In this document: one piece after another, positions 60,157 to 64,000 of the stretch
Position numbering within the stretch: the stretch's first letter is position 1
Layout: each line of letters begins with the position of its first letter
NCBI GenBank assembly: GCA_001949185.1
Contig: BDGG01000001.1
Coordinates: 3,427,324 to 3,491,323 of the forward strand
DNA: 64,000 bases
DNA from: Ramazzottius varieornatus
Lineage: Eukaryota; Animalia; Tardigrada
Reading direction: 5' to 3'
Position numbers and translations under genes: made by a program
The notes under the pieces: generated by a model
Databases searched by the model: none
What the model saw: the letters and a program-made list of their open reading frames with translations, nothing else
Told to the model about the DNA's origin: nothing

Positions 60157-63100
60157 CTAGTGCGACTCTGTGTGACGGTGGCTCTTCTTTGGTGTGAGAT
60201 TGTTCACCGACAGTCGTTGCATTCTGGCTCTGTTCGGCAAGTTGTCGGTACTTCCGTACATACTGACAATGTTGGCTTGCGAAACAGCGCCAGCTTCGTC
60301 TTGGGAAAAAGCGTACCCACGAGGATGGCCACCTTGGCTGGTGCTGGGTCCCGCGAGAGCGTTCAATGGAGTGTCGTTCTGTATCAAAGGTCGGGGTTTG
60401 ACCACACTGAGGAAGACATCCAAGTCATGAATGCCCATACTTTCCATCCGGCGCACCGTATCCACCACGTTACTGTACCCGGTGTTGGTCCACGCTTTGT
60501 AGAGGATGTCAAACATCAGCGTGATCACTGGGACGAGAACGAGACCGAACCAGAACGACGCGGAACTGTAGAGCGCTTCGGCCTACGTAACAAACAAGAC
60601 TTCCGGTTACATTTCCGGTTTCAACGAAGATCATAATATTTTCCTACTTTCTACTTCCCATTCTTAAAAACAAAATAAATTACTACATTCAGGAGCTCGG
60701 CAGGTTGCTACATTCAGGAGCAACCTAAACCAGATCCCTGTCCCATTTGGCGCAGGCTTCCAGCTGAAACCACTAAAGACGGTCCTAACTTGGGAAAACG
60801 ATCTGGCTAAGTTTGTAAACCGAGCTCCGATTTTCAAAACGAATACTTGCAAAATACTTTTAGCGTACCATCAGTGTATTTCAAAATACTCTCCATCAGT
60901 CAAATTCATTCCGAAAATAATGGCGATTGATAATATTAATATTACCGGTTCCAAAGAGTTTAGGTGCCATATCGTCAAATTGGTGCAGTAATACTTACAA
61001 TTCCGACGAAGTCTTCCCCAAAGTACAGCATGTGCGGCCACACATTCGAGTAGATCGGCATGAAGATGAACCAGGACAGGATGCTAAACCAGATACCAAA
61101 GTGAGTCCACACCGTCCACGAGGACGTCTCCAACCCCGCCTTCAGCGTCACTATCACCACGACATACGTGAACGCCGCGGCACCGAACAAGAAGCCTCCC
61201 TCATTTTGACCATTCGTCCACAAAGTGTTATGCCAAAAGATGGCATAAGTCAAGTAGAAAATGACGGCCGAATGCGCCAGTGCCAAGAAGATCCATCTCC
61301 AGAAGACGGCGTAGTTGAAAAGCTCGCCGCGTTGGCTGGAGCCGTACAGCACTGGGTAGCGCATTCGACTTTCGCTACTGCAACTTCGCTCGAAGATACC
61401 AATGACGAAGGGTGGAAGGGCCGTGAACCAGATGTTGTATAGACCAATCGTCCAGCGTTCGAAGAGAGTCTGCCCGGAGAAGCCGTTACCTAGCGTGAAG
61501 TAGAACTGCATGACGTAAAGGGTGATGTTCTTGTAGTAGCAGTATAGGATCAGCTTGGAGATCCGCTCGTAGGACCAGGCACCGTGCACAAACAGTAGTT
61601 TCTGAAAACAGCCATTGAAAGACATTCAGTATTTCGCCTCTAGCTCGACACGGAAACAACTCACAATGACCTTTTTGCCGGAAAACGTCATTCGGAAATT
61701 TCAAGTTCTGCACTGATAATCTTACTCAACCGAAGCTCGGCATACAAACTCGACAACATCGTCTTCCCAAGTGACGTACATCTTGAGGTTACTGGCTGGA
61801 CACGTGCGCCACTTAGGAAAGCGATCTCGTCAGATATTTTGCCACTTCCGATACCGACTCGGTCCACATTTCTTCACATCAGTTAATAGAAACATACACG
61901 GAACGGAATGAACTAAACTCAAAAACTGAGTTCGTGGTTGTACCTGTAAGAATCGGAACTGTCCAATGGCATAGTCTGACGCGCACACTGCCTGCATGCC
62001 TTCCTTCCCACTGATGCCCACCCCGATATGCGCAGTCTGAATCATGGCCACATCATTAGCGCCATCTCCAATCGCCAACGTGATGTCTTTCGGATAATGA
62101 GTCTTGACTAGCGAAACCACATCAGCTTTCTGCATAGGAGACACTCTGCAGCAAATCACGGCGTCACAGAGGGTGGCCAGATCCAAGAAATCCTTCCTCA
62201 GATCCATCGCTAACGCGTACGTCAACGCTCGCCCGTCGACTATCAACCCCGCGCCGTTCTCCGGGTGCAGCATCTCCTTGATGTCATTCTTGAACTTGAA
62301 CAAGACTTCCCGCACTCGATCTAGAGAGGTCTCGTTGACCGTAAACAGTGTCATGTCTCTGTTCAACAAGTTGCAACTATGGCCAATGTTGATTGCTGTC
62401 TCCATTTTGTCGCCTGTTAAAACCCAAATCTTGATGTTAGCTTTTCTCAAAGCGGCAATGCAGTGAGAAACGCCTTCTTGGAGGCGGTCTTCGATCGCGG
62501 TGGCGCCAAGGAGCTGCAGGTTCCTCTCGATCGCGTTACAGGCTTCGGACACCTTCAAAACATGAACCACAATAAAGTAAGACAATCATAATTTGGTATT
62601 AACTGATAAAAAAATGAGTAAAATCCACTAAATAATTAATTTAAGATCGATAAAAGTACTCGCCTGTTCTCTTCGTCGGTCCATGCTGGTCGAAGCTCTA
62701 TGATAGTTCTTCTTCCATTCGTTGTAGAAGTCTGGCATGATTTCCGCTGTGGCAACGCACAACGTACGGAAACCTCTTTCGGCGAACCTTTCTAGCTGCT
62801 GCATGGTCTGCTCCAGATACGGCTGATGAGGAGCCAATCGATCACAGATGACTGTGTCCGCTCCCTTACACGTCAAAAGGATGCGCCCTTCCGGAGTTCG
62901 CACCAAAACCGACATTCGCTTCCGATCACTGGTAAACTCGAGAATCTCCAGCAGCTCGTACTGTAACATGTCGTGCCTAAAAACAGAGCAAAGAATTTCT
63001 AAGCGGAGTCGTCTCCTTGCTTATCAAACAAAGGCGGAAACTCGTACTCGCGCTTACACACACCTGCATACAGTGAACCCCCATACACACTACAACGCTC

Positions 63101-63632
63101 AGGTATGCAGGTGCTTGATTTTCTGTACTTCCCCATTATCCATACACCTGCACTCAGCGACCCCATCTTGACTGTAGTGTATCAGCATGTAGGTGTGTGA
63201 TTTTGTGTATTACTCATTCCACTACATTCCTATCTTCACGTACTTGATTTCGCCTTTGCTGTTGTCACCACGAGATCGCGCCCGGATAGTCAGGTGATGA
63301 GGCTCGCGTTTAATGAACGTGTAGTCCAAGTTCGCCGCTGCCTTGACCAGTGCGGCTTCGTCCGGTGAGGCCGCCAAATAAACTGGTTGGTTCGGGTTGT
63401 CGGGATTCGGCTCGGTGACGACGGTATGACAGATGCTCAAGGCCAGGAGGAAGTCGTTAATCGGTTTTGCCACGGGCGTATTCCCTCTTAGAGTTTCACT
63501 CAGGTTTGTGTCTACAAAGTCTTCGGAAGTAGCTAGAGCGTCTCCGTACACCACCCCACCAACACTGCACTGCCGGAAAATCATCTTATTTTCTGTCAGC
63601 GTGCCGGTCTTGTCCGAGAAGACGTACTTCAC
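60157..63632 (-). CDS. ATP8A: P4-ATPase phospholipid flippase, ATP8A-type (3' part; 5' exons outside the window)
   Basis: FSDKTGTLT; [10 protein letters not shown]; [11 protein letters not shown]; KGAD; [12 protein letters not shown]; [14 protein letters not shown]; [10 protein letters not shown]; [11 protein letters not shown]; C-terminal GYAFSQ motif typical of ATP8A. Confidence 0.95.
60732..60804. repeat. Copy of the GTGGCGCAC palindromic family (ATP8A last intron)
   Basis: AGATCCCTGTCCCATTTGGCGCAGGCTTCCAGCTGAAACCACTAAAGACGGTCCTAACTTGGGAAAACGATCT. Confidence 0.6.
61758..61827. repeat. Copy of the GTGGCGCAC palindromic family (ATP8A intron)
   Basis: ATCGTCTTCCCAAGTGACGTAC..GTGCGCCACTTAGGAAAGCGATCT. 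Confidence 0.7.
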
Positions 63633-64000
63633 CTGCAGAAACGACAGTTTATGGTATTCTTGTGGCTTTCTTGTTATTTTTCCTCCCTTAGCCCTTTTTT
63701 TATGGACAACGTCACCCAAGGGACTGAAAATAGTCTCTGTTGCGTATGGGCACCTAATTTCCAGCTACAACTGTCCTTGACCGGAAGTGCAACAAGTAAC
63801 TGATACTGCATCACGACCGGCTACCATGGGCATCCGTCACTCGGCTAAACATAACGCCCTCTAACCGCTGCACATAGAGGAAAGTGCAAAGCTGTAGCGA
63901 CGAAAAAGAAAATCGATAGGGAACCAACTTAGGAGAGTACCGCAACGTTATACGCGTCGGCGGTGACATGGTCCTTCGGTTTACCGCTCTGCAAGTCAAA

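Noticed and set aside
63055-63200. Two degenerate CACCTGCA..TG(C/T)AGGTG hairpins in an ATP8A intron
   Set aside because: Short arms and no second locus in the window; cannot be called an element.
1-64000. Prokaryotic-type systems (CRISPR, operons, defence islands) or horizontally acquired genes
   Set aside because: All recognisable genes are metazoan-type and nearly all carry spliceosomal introns. No arrays, rRNA or tRNA were seen.

Overview
Gene-dense eukaryotic (invertebrate animal) genomic DNA with many short GT-AG introns, mostly about 60-230 bp. The compact architecture and gene set would fit a small-genome ecdysozoan such as a tardigrade, but the organism is my inference. Gene models were spliced by hand. 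In order: RhoGEF2/LARG-like GEF (-), divergent HP1-like protein (-), CD63-like tetraspanin (+), Pro-rich orphan (-), stand-alone DOMON protein (-), non-autonomous pogo-like DNA transposon, mucin-like CBM14 protein (+), C-type lectin (-), alpha carbonic anhydrase (+), CRF-binding protein (-), ZP-N-like secreted protein (+), second C-type lectin (+), a decayed tandem duplicate (EGF pseudogene plus chitinase tail remnant), an intronless secreted 6-EGF protein resembling the Notch N-terminus (+), GH18 chitinase (-), MAK/ICK kinase with two alternative N-lobe first exons (+), single-GoLoco small protein (+), F-box protein (+), beta-mannosidase (-) and ATP8A-type P4-ATPase (-, runs off the window). 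Two families of small palindromic elements recur, mostly in introns. Most interesting: the NOTCH2NL-like secreted Notch fragment, the swappable kinase ATP-binding exon, the intronic hairpin element with co-varying arms, and the stand-alone ZP-N and GoLoco proteins.
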